In this document: in pieces, positions 12,049 through 25,424 of the stretch
Layout: every line of letters begins with the position of its first letter
Position numbering within the stretch: position 1 is the first letter of the stretch
Source of the DNA: Callorhinchus milii
Taxonomy: Eukaryota
Direction: 5' to 3'
Assembly (NCBI RefSeq): GCF_018977255.1
Contig: NW_024704743.1
Location: 86,182,001-86,246,000 of the forward strand
DNA: 64,000 nucleotides
Made by a program: the position numbers and the translations under genes
Notes under the pieces: model-generated
The model's input: the letters and a program-made list of their open reading frames with translations, nothing else
Database searches by the model: none
What the model was told of the DNA's origin: nothing

Positions 12049-13689
12049 AGATCAGTGCAACATTTATTGCAAAATCCGGCGCTGGTTATGGATCTGGTTA
12101 AACCGGTGTCCGATTGCGCTGCTTTTCATCATGTGCTTTTCATGTTCGATCGCCCTGGTCCCCCCGGGGCGCGGGGCATCGTCAGTGCACTTTATGGATC
12201 GCGTGGGAATGAATCGGTCCGGGTTTACAGTGAACAGCTGCTAACTAACTCGGTTTGAAAACTGCCGCGGAATCGTGTCAGGAGGTTTTATGTATGACTC
12301 TGCAGCAGCCAGAGACAGCACTGGCCAGTGCCTGGTGCCGTGCAAGGCTGTGCCTGCCCTGCCCTGCCCTGCCTGCCCCGGGGTGGGCTGCCTGGCTCCA
12401 GCACCCCATCACACTCCTTCATGGGATCATCTTTGCTAATCCGATTTCAGTCTCTGTTCTGCGGGCGATAGAAACAAGCGAGAGAGAGAGAGAGAGACAG
12501 AGCAGAAGGCTGCAGCTCTGCACAACACATGTGCGTGTGTGTCGGATTGTTATATTAATAATAATAATTGTTACATTCTAAGTTTATGGGGGGTGGGGGA
12601 GGAGGGGGGAGGGTTTTTTTTGCATCTATTTAAATAAGAACGTACTTTAACACTCCATTTAATATTCTTGACCGTCCAAAGAAAATTGGCCATGAGTTTG
12701 TAGAAAGCCCAGATCGATTTGCTCCCAAGTCGGCGGAGGCAGAGTTCAATACAGACCGAGTCGCCTCTCACTCAGACCAGGGCTGAAGGCTGCAGATGAT
12801 CGGCCTCTGCTCTGCCTGACTTGGATACAGTGGCTATTAGCAAAGCGCCCTCTTAATGACAGGTATATTTTTCGTACAGTGTTTTTTTTAAAAAAAGAAC
12901 ATATAAACCTCATGGTTTCGCCGATTGCCAGTTAGACCCATCGCCGACTCATCTTTGGGTGGTGGTGTTGACCATGTTACAGGTGCAGCAGCTCTCTCTC
13001 TCTCTCTGTGCGCTCTGCACGCACACACTGGAGGAGTGTACCCTTCCAGCCCTCACTGCACTGCCTCCTGGATTTAACCCACTGCTTTTACGGAAATCCA
13101 GATGCACGTCGGTGCCTTAAGACCAATAACGGGCGATTAGCTCATACTATACCTATTGCCCATTACTGCATTTTCTTGCAAACTGCAAATCCAACCCAAG
13201 CGCCATCAACTGGTCTCAGAACAACGAATCCACAACCCAACACCCTCATATGTTTTTATATGGACACAATTCAAACCAAAAAATGCAAGGATTATTAATT
13301 AGATGTCTTTCTTTTTTTTTAGAAACAATCTATCAAGGACAGTCCCATTTTAAAATCGATTTTTCCATTTCATGATTCTTTCTGTTACGAAAGAGAGATG
13401 GAAATTAAGAAGTCATGTTGCTCTCTCGTAGTTAAGTCAATGGTTGTTCCTGATCTGGAACTTTGTTCTTCAGGAACTGGTAATATGAGATTTGTCTTCC
13501 CGTCACCTAAGTCCCTGCTCTCCTCAATAAAGGTAATGAATGATCTTGATCGGGCAACATCTCTTTGTTGGAAGAAAAATACCTTCCTGTTAATCCATTC
13601 ATTTTTCGTTTGGAAAAGGGGAGAGGGGAATATTTAAAAGTGGAGAGCGCGTAGATTTGTCCCAGAGAGCGAGTGAGTGAGCAAATGCA

Positions 13690-13875
13690 CAACCAAAGGT
13701 CATACAGGGTGGAAGGTTTCAGGTTCAAATGATGTCCTGAGTTAACTAATGAGGTAGTCAGGGCAGCCGCAGAGGTGCCACAATTGACCTCATGTTCCTG
13801 GGTTTGAGAGGGGAAAATCAGTGCAGGTTTCCTGTTGCTGATTGTTAGCCAATGATCCCTGCTGGAAGGTACAGA
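13690..13875 (+). mobile_element. Older tRNA-derived SINE family (related pieces at ~18670-18800 minus, ~49220-49410 minus, ~38430-38640 plus)
   Basis: The shared motif string gaaggt..caggtt.(a)..tgagtta.c..at...ag.cagggcagc...gtgc.acaattg.cctca...ggggaaaatcag...ccctgctggaa recurs degenerately between these loci. Confidence 0.5.
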
Positions 13876-13939
13876 GTTTGACTGCGATGCTTTAACCCCC
13901 CCCATGTACAACTAGCTTGCAAACACTTAACACGCTCAG

Positions 13940-14375
13940 GAGGAGCAATCCGAGTAAGTAATTGGGAAGGTGACAGTGCTCATTGTACCACAATAAGACC
14001 AAGCAAAGGAGCAGAGGACGTTAAGGGATGACCTGATAGAAAGCTTCGCCATTATATGGAAATGACAAGAGTAATTAGTATCGCTGTCAGGAACAAGGGG
14101 CACAAATGTAAGGTGTCCCAAAAGGAATTAAAGGGAGGTTAAATGCCTTTGCAAGGACGGTGTTTAAAAATGTGAAATGCTCTGACGCAAACCGTTGTTG
14201 AAGTCGAGTCCACTGAGATTTTGAGAAGGGAATTGGACAGATGCTTGAAAAAGAGGAATCTCTGAGGTGTGGAGAGTGTTCTGGGGAGTGGGTTTGGAGT
14301 AGATTGGAGGCTCATGTGCAGAAAAACACGGATTTGATGGGCTGAATGAACCTGTACCAATTTCATAATTCATAA
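13940..14375 (+). mobile_element. CR1-clade LINE 3' end
   Basis: gagcagaggacgttaagggatgacctgatagaaagcttc...acaaggggcaca...gatgggctgaatgaacct...cataattcataat. Confidence 0.75.
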
Positions 14376-17300
14376 TACCTTAAGGAGGAGAGAGGATCTG
14401 AGAACAATCTATGAACTTCCCCTGCACTCTGAGACGGGCTGATATGAGAGATGCTGAATCCAGTTTTACTATATTCTGTATTGTGTAAACAAGGCCTTCT
14501 GGTTGCTTTCTTGCTCTGTTAGTATCACTGGCTCTAAAGTCCTGTACATAGGCTGATCTCTCAGTGGCATGCTAACAGAATGGAAATAACAAAACCAATA
14601 CTGCAGAACACCTGAAAACCTCAGGACATATTGGCACTATAGCTGGTCGGCCAATTCTCTCATCCACCGCTGGTTTGATGGAAAATAACGCACTTGCACT
14701 TGGAGCCTGGAGTGCTGACTGCGCAACCTGCGAGTGGCTCATTTCCCCTGAACTGCCAGATCCTGGCGGGTCTTCTATTTCTACAACGTAGCTGACAATT
14801 ACAATCTTATCTACAATGTGTTTGCTGTGAGGTTGCTGACTCCAGCTTGCTGTACCAGGGCGGCAGAGTGGCGTTGTAAGGTGATGCGTACAAACACGCG
14901 TCTTGTTGGGAACTTATCTTAAGTTTTTTTTAAAAAAAAGTTGAGGGGAGAAAGAAACCTCTTCCTCTCGGCGCTCTCTCTCTCTCTCTCTCTCTCTGAT
15001 CGATGGAGCATATGATTCTCCAATGGGTGCCTCAAGTAAAGAAGTTGAAGCTGCTGAGTGTAAATCATTGGTACTTCAAAAGCATGTTGTGTAATGCTGT
15101 TCTTGTGCTGCACGTATAGGTGCAGTGCGAATAGCGATTTAACAGTCAGAGCCTTAGACAGCGTGCTGTGGAGTCAGTGCTGGGTATGGCAGTATTCCAT
15201 ATGTTCACCAAGTGTTGCTTTCCAGCCTCTGATTGATGGGACGACCTTCTTTTTTCCTTTAGAAACCGAGAATTGTGCTGCCAGAGTGCTGTTGATCTCA
15301 GCCAGAGCAGCAGGAGGGATGCTGGAGTTGGCTGAGTGTGTTTTCTCCTCCCTGCTTCCTGACCCAACGTCTTAAGGCTCCTGTCCTGGATGCTGCTCAG
15401 TGACCCATGTTGGGAAGGTTGTGCATGTTGGGTACAGACTGGATCTTATGGCGCTCTGATGCCCCCTATGGTCAAGTGTTCTGTTTAGTGCTGCGTTTGA
15501 CTCACACTTGACAGTCGAAGCGCAACAACCTTGGGTGAGTGAGTTCCCAGAGGCTTAGTTAATGTGCGACAACCCAGCACACGCTAGTTTTGGGGCATCT
15601 CAATCATTTCTTATTGCATTTCTCTGCCATCGAGGGCTTGCAGGTTTCAGATACTTCAGACTTTCCGAGTGCTGGTTTCCTGTAGCATTAAGGGAGGAGT
15701 TAAGTGGGAGGGTAGGAGATGGATGAAATCAGGGAGTGTGATTGTCAGGAATTTGATGTAGGCGGGATGCATGGAATTCTCAGTTTGGTTTGGATATTCT
15801 TAAGCATGGTGATGGGTTTCCCCATGTGTCACACACCCAGCTGAACACCCCCCACCCCCAAAACAAACAAAAAAGAAAATGCAGGCAGGTCACAGAAATG
15901 GCTCATCAGACATGTCCTGTCAGTCCAGTTTTTTTTTAAATCCCGAAATTAGGATCATGGCCAATTCTGTGAACATCAGAGTAAGCTGTGTCAGACTGAA
16001 GTTTTTTTTTTAGTAAGACTTTGGCTTTCGGATGGACATGGTTATAAGAGCTGACTAGTTATAACCTTCCACCGAGTGAGATGCAATCTTGCATTGGATC
16101 AGGGGCATGCTGAAAGGGATAACAGAAAGCATGAGAGAGTTCCCGGGAAGCGAGGATAAAAGAAGAAAGAACAAAAAAGATTGAAGGAGAGAGTCTGCGT
16201 ATAATTAACTAACTGGAAGCGCTGTCAGAATGTCTGAAGTAGTGATATAAGAATGGCTCTGAACTGAAAATTGTGGCCATAAAAGTAGGATCAGGCAATT
16301 CTTTGAAGCTAATTAATAAAGAAAACGGTGAGAATCAATTCTTTCAGGAATCCTGTGGGTGAGAACTGTTTTGGGTCTCTACGTTCTTCCTTCGCAATCT
16401 GTTTAAGATGCACAAACCCCCCATCGACCCTAGGTGAATCTCAATCCCTTATTTCACTAAGCCTAGAGGAACTTCTCTTTTGAATTCCTGGCACTTCCCT
16501 GATATTTCTCAGCTCTCTCTTCCCTCCTCCCCGCCCCCAACAAGTTATACACGTGGTTGCATTTCATTAACTTTTGTCTGATCTGCAAACCCAATAATGA
16601 CTCATTTTGTTACAAACAGCAAACAGTACTATTGGGGAATTTGTAGGCATTGGTTTGCTGGTTGGGATGTGTGTGATTCCTGATTTGTACATAGAGTACA
16701 CAATACATTCTGGATGAGTTGATGATTTTCAGTGAAACCAGAATACCCTTGGGCTGCTCATTTAAAATTGAATAATAATAACAATAATCCTTGCATGTGA
16801 TATGGCACCTTTTCACATCTTTGAGACGTCTCAAAGCGCTTCACAGAATATACTGTAAAGTGAATTGATTGTTTATTTTAGAAATTCTTTAGCCAATTGC
16901 GCACAGAGAGCAGTGCCCCACAAATTGGCATTGATTGAGTGACCAAATTATTATTATTATTTATTTGCAGCAAAAAAACTTATTATGCAGCAATTGGATC
17001 TTTGGCTTATCTAATTTTTATCTTTTTTTAATTAAGCTATAATAAGAAGTTGGCTTCTTCTTGCTTTAGTTCCACACGGTCACAAGGTGAATATTCCCAT
17101 TTATGTGTGAAATGTGATGCTGTGCCTGTTTGTGGAACTGTGGCTATGGTTGTAATGTTGATAGTAGCTCCTGATTGTGGGGCAGGTCCACTGTCAGCCT
17201 ACACTCCTGCTGCTTAGTTGTTTACACGCTCCATTGAGATTTTCTGTATGTATCGAACTTCATTATGTTGCACATATGACGTACAAGGACCAGTTGGCAA

Positions 17301-18807
17301 TTTTTTTACTGAAAAGGAAAGCCACTGTCAGTTGGTGAAGACAGAAGGGATACTCAGTGGATAAGGGGGTTCAGCCATGCTTCGGTAGGCTAGGAATAGC
17401 CCTGGCTCTTAATTTCTAGAGAGGCCACACAGATCACATTGAAATGAGTCCAGCATATGTCGTTCACTTTCCTGGAGGAGGAGGAATGAGGGGGAAGCTG
17501 CAGAGAAGAAAACACTTTAAAAAAAACACACCTCATGTTGACTGGTGCAATTTGAAAGGAAGATTGTGCAGCTGGTAGTAGTTTGGTAACTCCCTCCTGT
17601 TATTGGCCAGCAGTGGCAGCTTTGTACTGCCCTTTGATGTCTGTTGGTTGAGTATGGTGGAGTGGCATCAGCATCAAATAGTCAGAAGGCACTAAATGAC
17701 AGTAAGAAATGGATATGTGCTGGTGATTTACTCTGCCTTTTCTTCTCCTCTTTCCCCACTCCCCTACCCATCACCCTGACATGCCCATGAGTATCCGCTC
17801 AGCAGTTACTTGGTGTAGGAGACAACATCTTTCGGAATGTACTATCCATTCAGCAGCAGAAAAAGACTGGGAGCGAGTTTCATGTCTGCCCCCAAACAAG
17901 AATTGGAACTAGTTACGACAGGGGGTTGGATCTATAATGCGAGTTGGGCATAATATACAGTCAATTTAGTTTACCGTATATTCTGTGACGTGCTTTGAGA
18001 TGTCTTGAAGATGCAATGACAGCAACAAGAATACATTTGTATAGCGCCTTTCACGTCGGGAGGATGTCCCAAGGCGCTGGATAGTGTACAGCATTTCAAT
18101 AAGGCACTATATCAAATGCAAGGATTATTATTACTCTTATTAGTATGTAAAGGAATTACAGGTGTCTTCAATTATACATCTAACCAATGGAAAGGGTGAC
18201 TGGTGATTCAATAACCTTTTTCATTGGGCAATAGCATAATTAAAGATATCTGTAACTCCCTCTGTTTACATGAGTTTAACACATGGTTTACAAAACTTGC
18301 ATAATAGAACCCATTGTCAGAACAACTGAATTTTGAGAGATTGTAGATTTTGGCCCACCACAATCTGACTAACATTTGACTTGTTAGTGTTAAGTAGCTA
18401 ATTTATTTTCTTTAGCTGTTAGACTCTGAAGGAACACAACTTTGCCTATCAACGCCCACACTGATGTACTTTATGTCTTTTTTTTGGTATGGGCTGGGAT
18501 TTGTATGCAGCTTTTCTCCCATGGTGCAGAATGCCTTCAACACTGAATAAATGTGAGTGATGTGGGCTATCTTGCATTCTCAATGTGTTTTACATTGGGG
18601 CTCCTGGGAGGAATCTCCTTCCAAGGCGTAGTTTTAATAACTGAGACACTTTTTTTCTGCGTCTGTGGTCAGAGCCAGTAAAAGCATCCAAACTGCTGCC
18701 TGGCTGAGATCGGCAAATTTAGCAGAAAATGGAGATTCAAACCTACAACCATAGTATGTCCTTAATGCTATACTCGACACTGCCTTTACCTCCTCAGCCA
18801 TTAAAGA

Positions 18808-18962
18808 ATAATAATAATCATAATCCTTGCATTTGATATAATATACCTTATCATGTTGTTGAGACGTATCCAAGCGCTTCACAGAATATATTGTAATGTG
18901 AATTGACTGTGTATTTTGTGGGCGAAACGTGGCAGCCAATTAGTCAAGTGTCCCACAGACAG
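18808..18962 (-). mobile_element. SINE 3' part, reverse orientation (similar pieces at ~16770-16950, ~52860-52990, ~62043-62230)
   Basis: taatccttgcatttgatat...aagcgcttcacagaatata...gtgaattgactgt is the reverse complement of the SINE tail. Confidence 0.8.
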
Positions 18963-19400
18963 TCATGAGAAGCTACATTTCTCATCTGCAGTTGGTTGAA
19001 GACAACATTGACAATAGGATCTGTGTTTATGTGAATAAATATGCCCAATTCAACTCTGAACTAAGCTGTAAGAAGTTACAGCATCTCCCAGTAGATGAAC
19101 AGGAAAAATTGAAAAGAATCATGCATTACATGGTGGTTATCTACAGGGGGCACTGGTGCCCTCTGAGATCACACAGTGTGCTTACCCTTGGTAGCAGGGC
19201 TTTGGCCATCTGGACAAAGAAAGGGTGTAATACCAAAATGGAAATTTACCAAAATACCAAATGACATAAATATTTTTCTCCAATAAAAGACACTTTAGAA
19301 GAGTAGATGTTCCTCTATAAAGTGTTCAGTGCAAAATTTCAATCATAATCAAAGTAGAACTATTATAACACAGTTTTGATGAAGTGAAATGACATATTTT

Positions 19401-19762
19401 GGAGCCCTGTAGCTCAGTGGTTAGAGCACTTGCCTTGCAAGCGCGAGACCTGGGTTTGAATCCCGGGCAGGGCGAAACGTCGGCAAGTTTCCTTTCTCCA
19501 CATGCCTCTGTTTACTTAGCGGTAAGTAGCAACCCAGTTATTAGTAGATTGGTGGATTGCTTTTCTGAGGGTAATATTTCCTTTTAAAAAAATAAATTGA
19601 TCACTCAATCCACGACTGTTTGTGGACCAATTGGCTGACACATTTCACCCACAAAATACAATCAATGAACTTTACAGTATATTCTGTGAAGTGCTTTGAG
19701 ATATCTCAAAGACGTGATAAATGCTATGTCAAATGCAAGGATTATTATTATTTATTATTATT
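19401..19762 (+). mobile_element. Near full-length tRNA(Ala)-headed SINE with L2-like tail and (TTA)n end
   Basis: Head 19404-19473 folds like a tRNA (A box tagctcagtgg, B-box-like gggtttgaatcc, TGC anticodon). The body and tail (...gtgaagtgctttgaga...caaatgcaaggattattatt) recur many times in the window. Confidence 0.85.
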
Positions 19763-20014
19763 ATCCTTGAACAATTCAGATCTGCTTTCTTTTTAAAACA
19801 AAACATTTAGTTTACATAGTTTACCTTTTGACTTTTTTTTAATGAATACATTTTTTATGCAGGTTAAAGGAGATGAGCAATAGGGCTATGCATAAAATAT
19901 AATTTGCCTATCGGAGTTGGTGAATCTAAAACATATTTACATTTGGGCAGTAGATATTCAATGCAGTTTAGTCAATTTGGAAATCTTGTATGTTGAGAGA
20001 TTTTTAGTGATTGT

Positions 20015-20298
20015 AATCTGGTGGGGAGAAATTCATACTAGCTCTAGATTTAAATAGCATTTCAGAGGTCCAAAATTTGGCAAATTGTGAATTGAACTGT
20101 GAAACCGCTTTTCTGTAAGTTATTTTAAGTTCTACATAAAAACTGACTTCAAAGTCGAGACTGAAGTTCTTAAAAATTGAACTTACAGCTTCAAACCAGC
20201 TTCAAAATTAAGACTGTTCAAGAATTTGCCAAATTCTGAATGCTGTAAAATGCCTCATAAATAGAGTAAATCTAGTCCCAAGTGGAATTTATCACCAT
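20015..20298. mobile_element. Degenerate palindromic (MITE-like) element; related ends at ~32848-32935 and ~33188-33382
   Basis: Left gaaattc...ctagattta...aatttggcaaatt(g)tgaa mirrors right ttcaagaatttgccaaatt...taaatctag...ggaattt. Confidence 0.5.
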
Positions 20299-22629
20299 AG
20301 AAGTTGTAGTTAACTCTACAATTCTGGTCTGCAAAAATCTAATTTTATACGGCAGTTTTTCCTTTATAAAAGACTTCATAAATTTGAACTTTTATGTAGT
20401 CTTGTAAATGCTCAAAACTTCAAGAGGAAGCCAGACCTGCACAATGAGGGAGAGGGGAATAGAAGAGTATGGGCGGGAGCACAGGAATAGGTGGAGACTC
20501 GTTGTGGGGTATAAACACCAGTATGGACTGGTTGGTCTGAGTGGTCTGTTTCCGTGCTGTAAAGTCTTTGTAAATCTTTGTTAGGTTCGCAGTATCTGTA
20601 TTAACATTTTGTGTTAGAGAAGGAAGGGGCAGAGTAAATCAGTTATCCAGGTCAATAGAGATTGAATTGGAGACTAGAGTATGAATAACTTTTTGCATTC
20701 AGCCTGCAACAGGTTGATAACCGATTAATAAGTGCAATATACATTGATTCAATGCACCGCAAGTAATTGTTTGAAGTAGTTAATTTTTTATCATTGGTAG
20801 GCTCACTCCATGCAATAGTTTATTTTCCCCCATCAAATCTGTATTAGAGGCTGCCGAACTCCTGCAATCCATGACATTTCTTTTATAATCCAATCATCCT
20901 TGTAAACTTCAAATGTTGCATCTTGGTTATTTGCCTTTCTAGTGAATTTGATGTCCTGGAAATAAGTTAGTTGCCTTGACTTGTGTGTTATGCATATGTT
21001 TTTTTAAAAGCATGAAAACATTCATTCCCAGTGGTCATTCACTTGATAGCTGTTTGTGGGACATTGCTATGTGCAGATTAGTTGCCACATTCCCCTACCA
21101 AAAAGTCACTACACTTTACAGTAAAGATCTGTCTTGCCCCTTTCCTCCGCACTTACAAATTCCTCCTAAAGACCTTCCTTTTTGATCGTGCTTACAGTCA
21201 CCTCCTCCCTCCCTCTCCCCCTGGCTCAGGGTCAGACTCCACCACTGTCAAGTGCTCTGGGACACTACCCGTGTGAAGGGTACTAAATAAATGCAAGTTG
21301 TTGTTAAATCCTGCGAGATGTCCTAACAGCAATGGTGCTATAAGAGATGAAAGGATTATTCTTATTATTATTATTATTAACATTACAGAGCAAAGTGTGT
21401 TCACTCTAATACTGACGTCCAAAGAAAACATACATAAAAAAACTTTACTAAACGTTTTAAAATTGGTGCTATGATATTTAATAATGTGACCATAACAATT
21501 GTTGGTTTTAAGGACTGAAATGAACACTTCAAGTTGAAGACCTGGCCATAATTTATAATTCTTTTTTGTCTTATTTACAGAAGAATTGAGTATGTGCCTG
21601 CTTGACATTTTGAATAATTCACTGCAAAAAAAAACTTGAGATCTGAGACTTATTAGCTTTACATATCTAAAAACAGGACATTCCAGGTTTTACATGCACA
21701 ATACTATATTAAAGACTTGATGTTTGCAATAACTATATATCCAGAACTAAATTATGATCAGCCTTATGTGGGGAGTTTTTTTTAAAGTAAACTTTAGTGT
21801 TAGCCTGGACATGTATAATTTAGACAGCTCATTTTACAATTGAATCTGTTTTATGGGATTCCTAGAGTAGCGAGTTCATGTTGCCAGTTTTAAGACCACA
21901 CAGCTGGTATAATGAGGTGCTTTTTTATATATCCACAGGCTTAGTTTACCTTTTTGGATCAGAGGTTCAGAAATGAAACTCATCAGCGCAAGCCGCAGTT
22001 TTTCACAATAAAATTGAACACCTTTTAGAAGTTTCTCCATGTATTCTTAACATAAATTTCTATGTAATGTGGAAGTAGGAAGATTCTTATATTTTGGATT
22101 TGAGGTTAGCCTGTTATTTTGCTAACAACAATTTCAATAGCAGAGTTCAGCACTCTGCTAAACATATGACTTGTTCTTTTCTTGAAATCTACTCAGTCCA
22201 TGTTTAATATAATGGCTTTATAATGCGAGTGATTTGACATTGTTTCCAAAGTATGGTGATTTGGAGATGGAAACCAGGTTAAAATTGTAACTATTTGGTA
22301 CCAACCACAACTTGCACTTGTAATAACATCTTTTATTTCAATTTCTTAAAACGCTTTAAAAGGACAACAGGGGCTTTAGAGGGTCACTGAACAAGGTGAG
22401 TAGGTAGGAAGAAGTTGGTCAAAAACACAGTCAAATGGGTAGGGTTTTGGGAGTGTTTTAAGAGACAGTAAAAAACAAATGGAGTTCTAAGAAGCAGGGA
22501 GGAGCATGGTGACTGACAGCTTGACTGCCAATGGTGAAAAAAGAGGGAGTGAGGGAGCAGCAGCAAGCCTAAGATTGCAGTGCATATAGTGGAAGAGGTG
22601 GAACAAGGAAGCCTATTTGATAACAACTT

Positions 22630-22795
22630 TTAAGAGAGAAGTAGATAATTATTTGGGGAGGACAGGTTTGCAGGGCTATGGGGAGAGATCAGGGAAGTGG
22701 GATTGAATTGGATAGCTCTTTTCAAAGGGCCGGCACAGACACGATGGGCCGAATGGCCTCCTTCTGCGCTGTATAATTCTATGATTCTATGATAA
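22630..22795 (+). mobile_element. CR1-clade LINE 3' end
   Basis: ccggcacagacacgatgggccgaatggcctccttctgcgctgtataattctatgattctatgat (CR1 3' UTR with 8-bp tail repeat). Confidence 0.85.
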
Positions 22796-23852
22796 GGGCA
22801 TGGAAGGATTTGGATCTCTTCTGGGTACAGAGACCCAAATGAGTCTGAATGCAAAGTGTTCGATACTAGTCATTAACTTTGAAAAGCTTACAATAATATA
22901 ATCTTTGCATTTAGTATAACACCTTAGTCATGGGCTGAATACCTGTCTTCTGTGATGTAAAGTTCGATGGTTCTATGTCATCAATGTCTCAAAATGCTTC
23001 ACAGGATTTACTGTAAATTGAAGTGACTGTGTAGGTGATTCTGACAGCTGATTCCCCCAAAGAACCATGAGGTGAGTGAGTAATGTTTTCTACAGGATTG
23101 TCGGTTTGATACCTTAAGGGTGGTGCATTGTTTAAACCCATTTTATTTGCAGTTGAAACTCTTGACTGAATCTACTGCAGTAACATTTTTTTGCGACCAT
23201 AGGCCTCAATTCTATTCAGAAACTATCCTGATGAAGCCATTTTTAATGCCCTATCCTTGCATTTATGATTCAAACCCGTTGTTCTGTTCCTGTTGTAAAA
23301 CTTTTTACAGTAAAGCCTCTATATTGGAGAACGGAATGCTCCTGGCCTTCCAACTTGGGCTGCATTTTCCAATCCTAAATGTGGAACATGATTCATCCAC
23401 TAGTGTCGATTCCTGGCATCCTCAATGCTTTTATCACCTGTGTCTAAGGCAAAGATGTCTTGTTTCTGCTCATTGCCTCAAATACCTGAATGTCTTGTGG
23501 TTAGTAAGGAAGGCCAACCACATTTGATGGAGAACTTTTCTTTCACTTGCAGACTTGTCTTGCAGAGGGCTATTCAAGGGATGGGGTATTACAGTTTTGG
23601 CCTATTCATTTCAAAGGTATACTTTTTACACTAACCTGTAAGTTGATTTTAAATACTATCTGTCCACCCTTTTTTCTCTCAGAGAAAAATCAAACTGCTA
23701 AACGTTAAACTAGAAATAAGAAACCTAATGTCTTCCTCAAAATTTAACTTTGCTCTTCCTATTTAAAATAACCTGAATCCCTGCAACTAAAATTGCGGAG
23801 AGGTTTGAACATTTTAGTTTTTCTTAAAACCTTTTGTCACAGAAATTTGCCG

Positions 23853-23899
23853 ATTTTTCTCTTGCTGGACTCTTAAAAAGAGTCCAGCAAGAGAAAAAT
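23853..23899. repeat. Perfect 22-bp palindrome with a 3-nt spacer
   Basis: atttttctcttgctggactctt-aaa-aagagtccagcaagagaaaaat. Confidence 0.95.
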
Positions 23900-25424
23900 G
23901 TTTTGGAAGAAATTTCTGGTTGAGAATTCGATGTGTGTGAGAGATTGTATTTCCATTTAAAAGTCACAATTCACTGTCGATTTTGGAAATAATCTGATTT
24001 TTTTTCTTTCCCTTCGGGTACCCCAAGTCCAATGTGAAGATTCTACAGTTGCATCATTTTCTGTCCTACATCTGTTAATAATTGAGTGCACACAGCAGGG
24101 CACCTGTACCACTATTGCTTTGGTATGCTGTTTTGGTCTTAACACAATTTTTTCATTTTTTTTTCTCTTTTCATAAATAAATGATAGTATGGTCTGGATA
24201 AAAAATCTTGGCAGAGACTGAAAATAACTCCACTTTTCCCACAAAGCCAAATATTGCAATGCAAATCATAGTTACTGCATGAATAAGATAAATGGAGGAG
24301 ACTCGGCAATGAGGAATGGAAGAAACTATTCCACAATTGAGGAAACCTTTTGTTCCTGATTTGTTTGTAGAATGATTGTTATAAGTTTCTCTTTCCTGAA
24401 TTTAGTCTTTTAAAATCAGGGTGGAATTTGATAATTTGCTTGTGAGGGAGTGGGGCAGGAGAGAGTGTAAAAGGATGTTTGGAGGTGGCGGCAAAGATTC
24501 TGCAGGGTTTTATTTGAATTGCTATAAACTTGTGTGGATTTGATCACAGGATTTTCTGTTGCACAGCATGAACCCATCCAACACACTTCTGTTTTGTACA
24601 TGCAAAGTGCAGAAATTGGTGAATTGCAGCAGGATATTTCTGAACTATATTTGTCAGTTGCCTTGCACAAACACACACTTTTTCTACTTGTAGTTTAGTG
24701 CAGCATGTTTCTTAACATGTTCCTTTTGGTATAGTTTTTCTTTTTGTCTTCCTCCTCCATTCCCCCTCTTTACATGCCTAAGAAATGAGCCAAAGGACAA
24801 TTTGCATTGTTTTCACTTGCAGTTGTCTGTTTAACTCCAGTTAATTTAAAAATCCGCGCAAAATTCATTAGCTGAAGGTTCATTTTGAAAAAAATCTTTA
24901 TATCACAGTGTATATATATCTATATATTTCTGCAAACGTTGACATAGCAGCTCAAGGAGGTTTTCAGTTCAAGGATCTGAAGCTCATATTTCAGAGTTGC
25001 TTGACACTTGAACTTGCTGCATTTGTTGACGTCTTGCAGTTCCCTGCTGTGCAGTTGGATGGAGCACTGCATGGAAGCAAGTTGTTCCATTCTCTAAGCA
25101 GAAAGGAACAACTTGAGGGGTTTCTGCTCTCTAAACTAAAGGAGAGACTATGGGCTTTAGAGGCAGCAAAGAATTTTGACAGAATTAAAAAAAAAATCTA
25201 TTTAATGGCTGTGAAACTGCCCTTGTTTCTAAACACTGGGGTCATTCTCTGTTTGTCAGTAAATTTACTGATTTTTGACATGATGTGCTTATAATAGTAT
25301 TGACAAAGCAGACTCTTCACCTCAATTTTGACCCCTGAAGTGCAGAGATAATTTTTAAAAATATATTGGGAAAAGGTACAAGGGATGCTTCAGAAACTAA
25401 TGTAACAGCTTTGTTTAGTGGTGC

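Larger units (their letters stand above)
6200..13200. promoter_or_regulatory. CpG-rich, largely transposon-poor promoter/5' region of RSPO2
   Basis: Visibly many CpG dinucleotides, G/C runs and CT/GA/GT microsatellites compared with the CpG-depleted flanks. Spans the first exons. Confidence 0.65.

Noticed and set aside
19404..19473. tRNA-Ala(TGC)-like cloverleaf
   Set aside because: It is the head of a SINE: it continues into a repeated body and tail, the T-loop is mutated, and no Pol III terminator follows.
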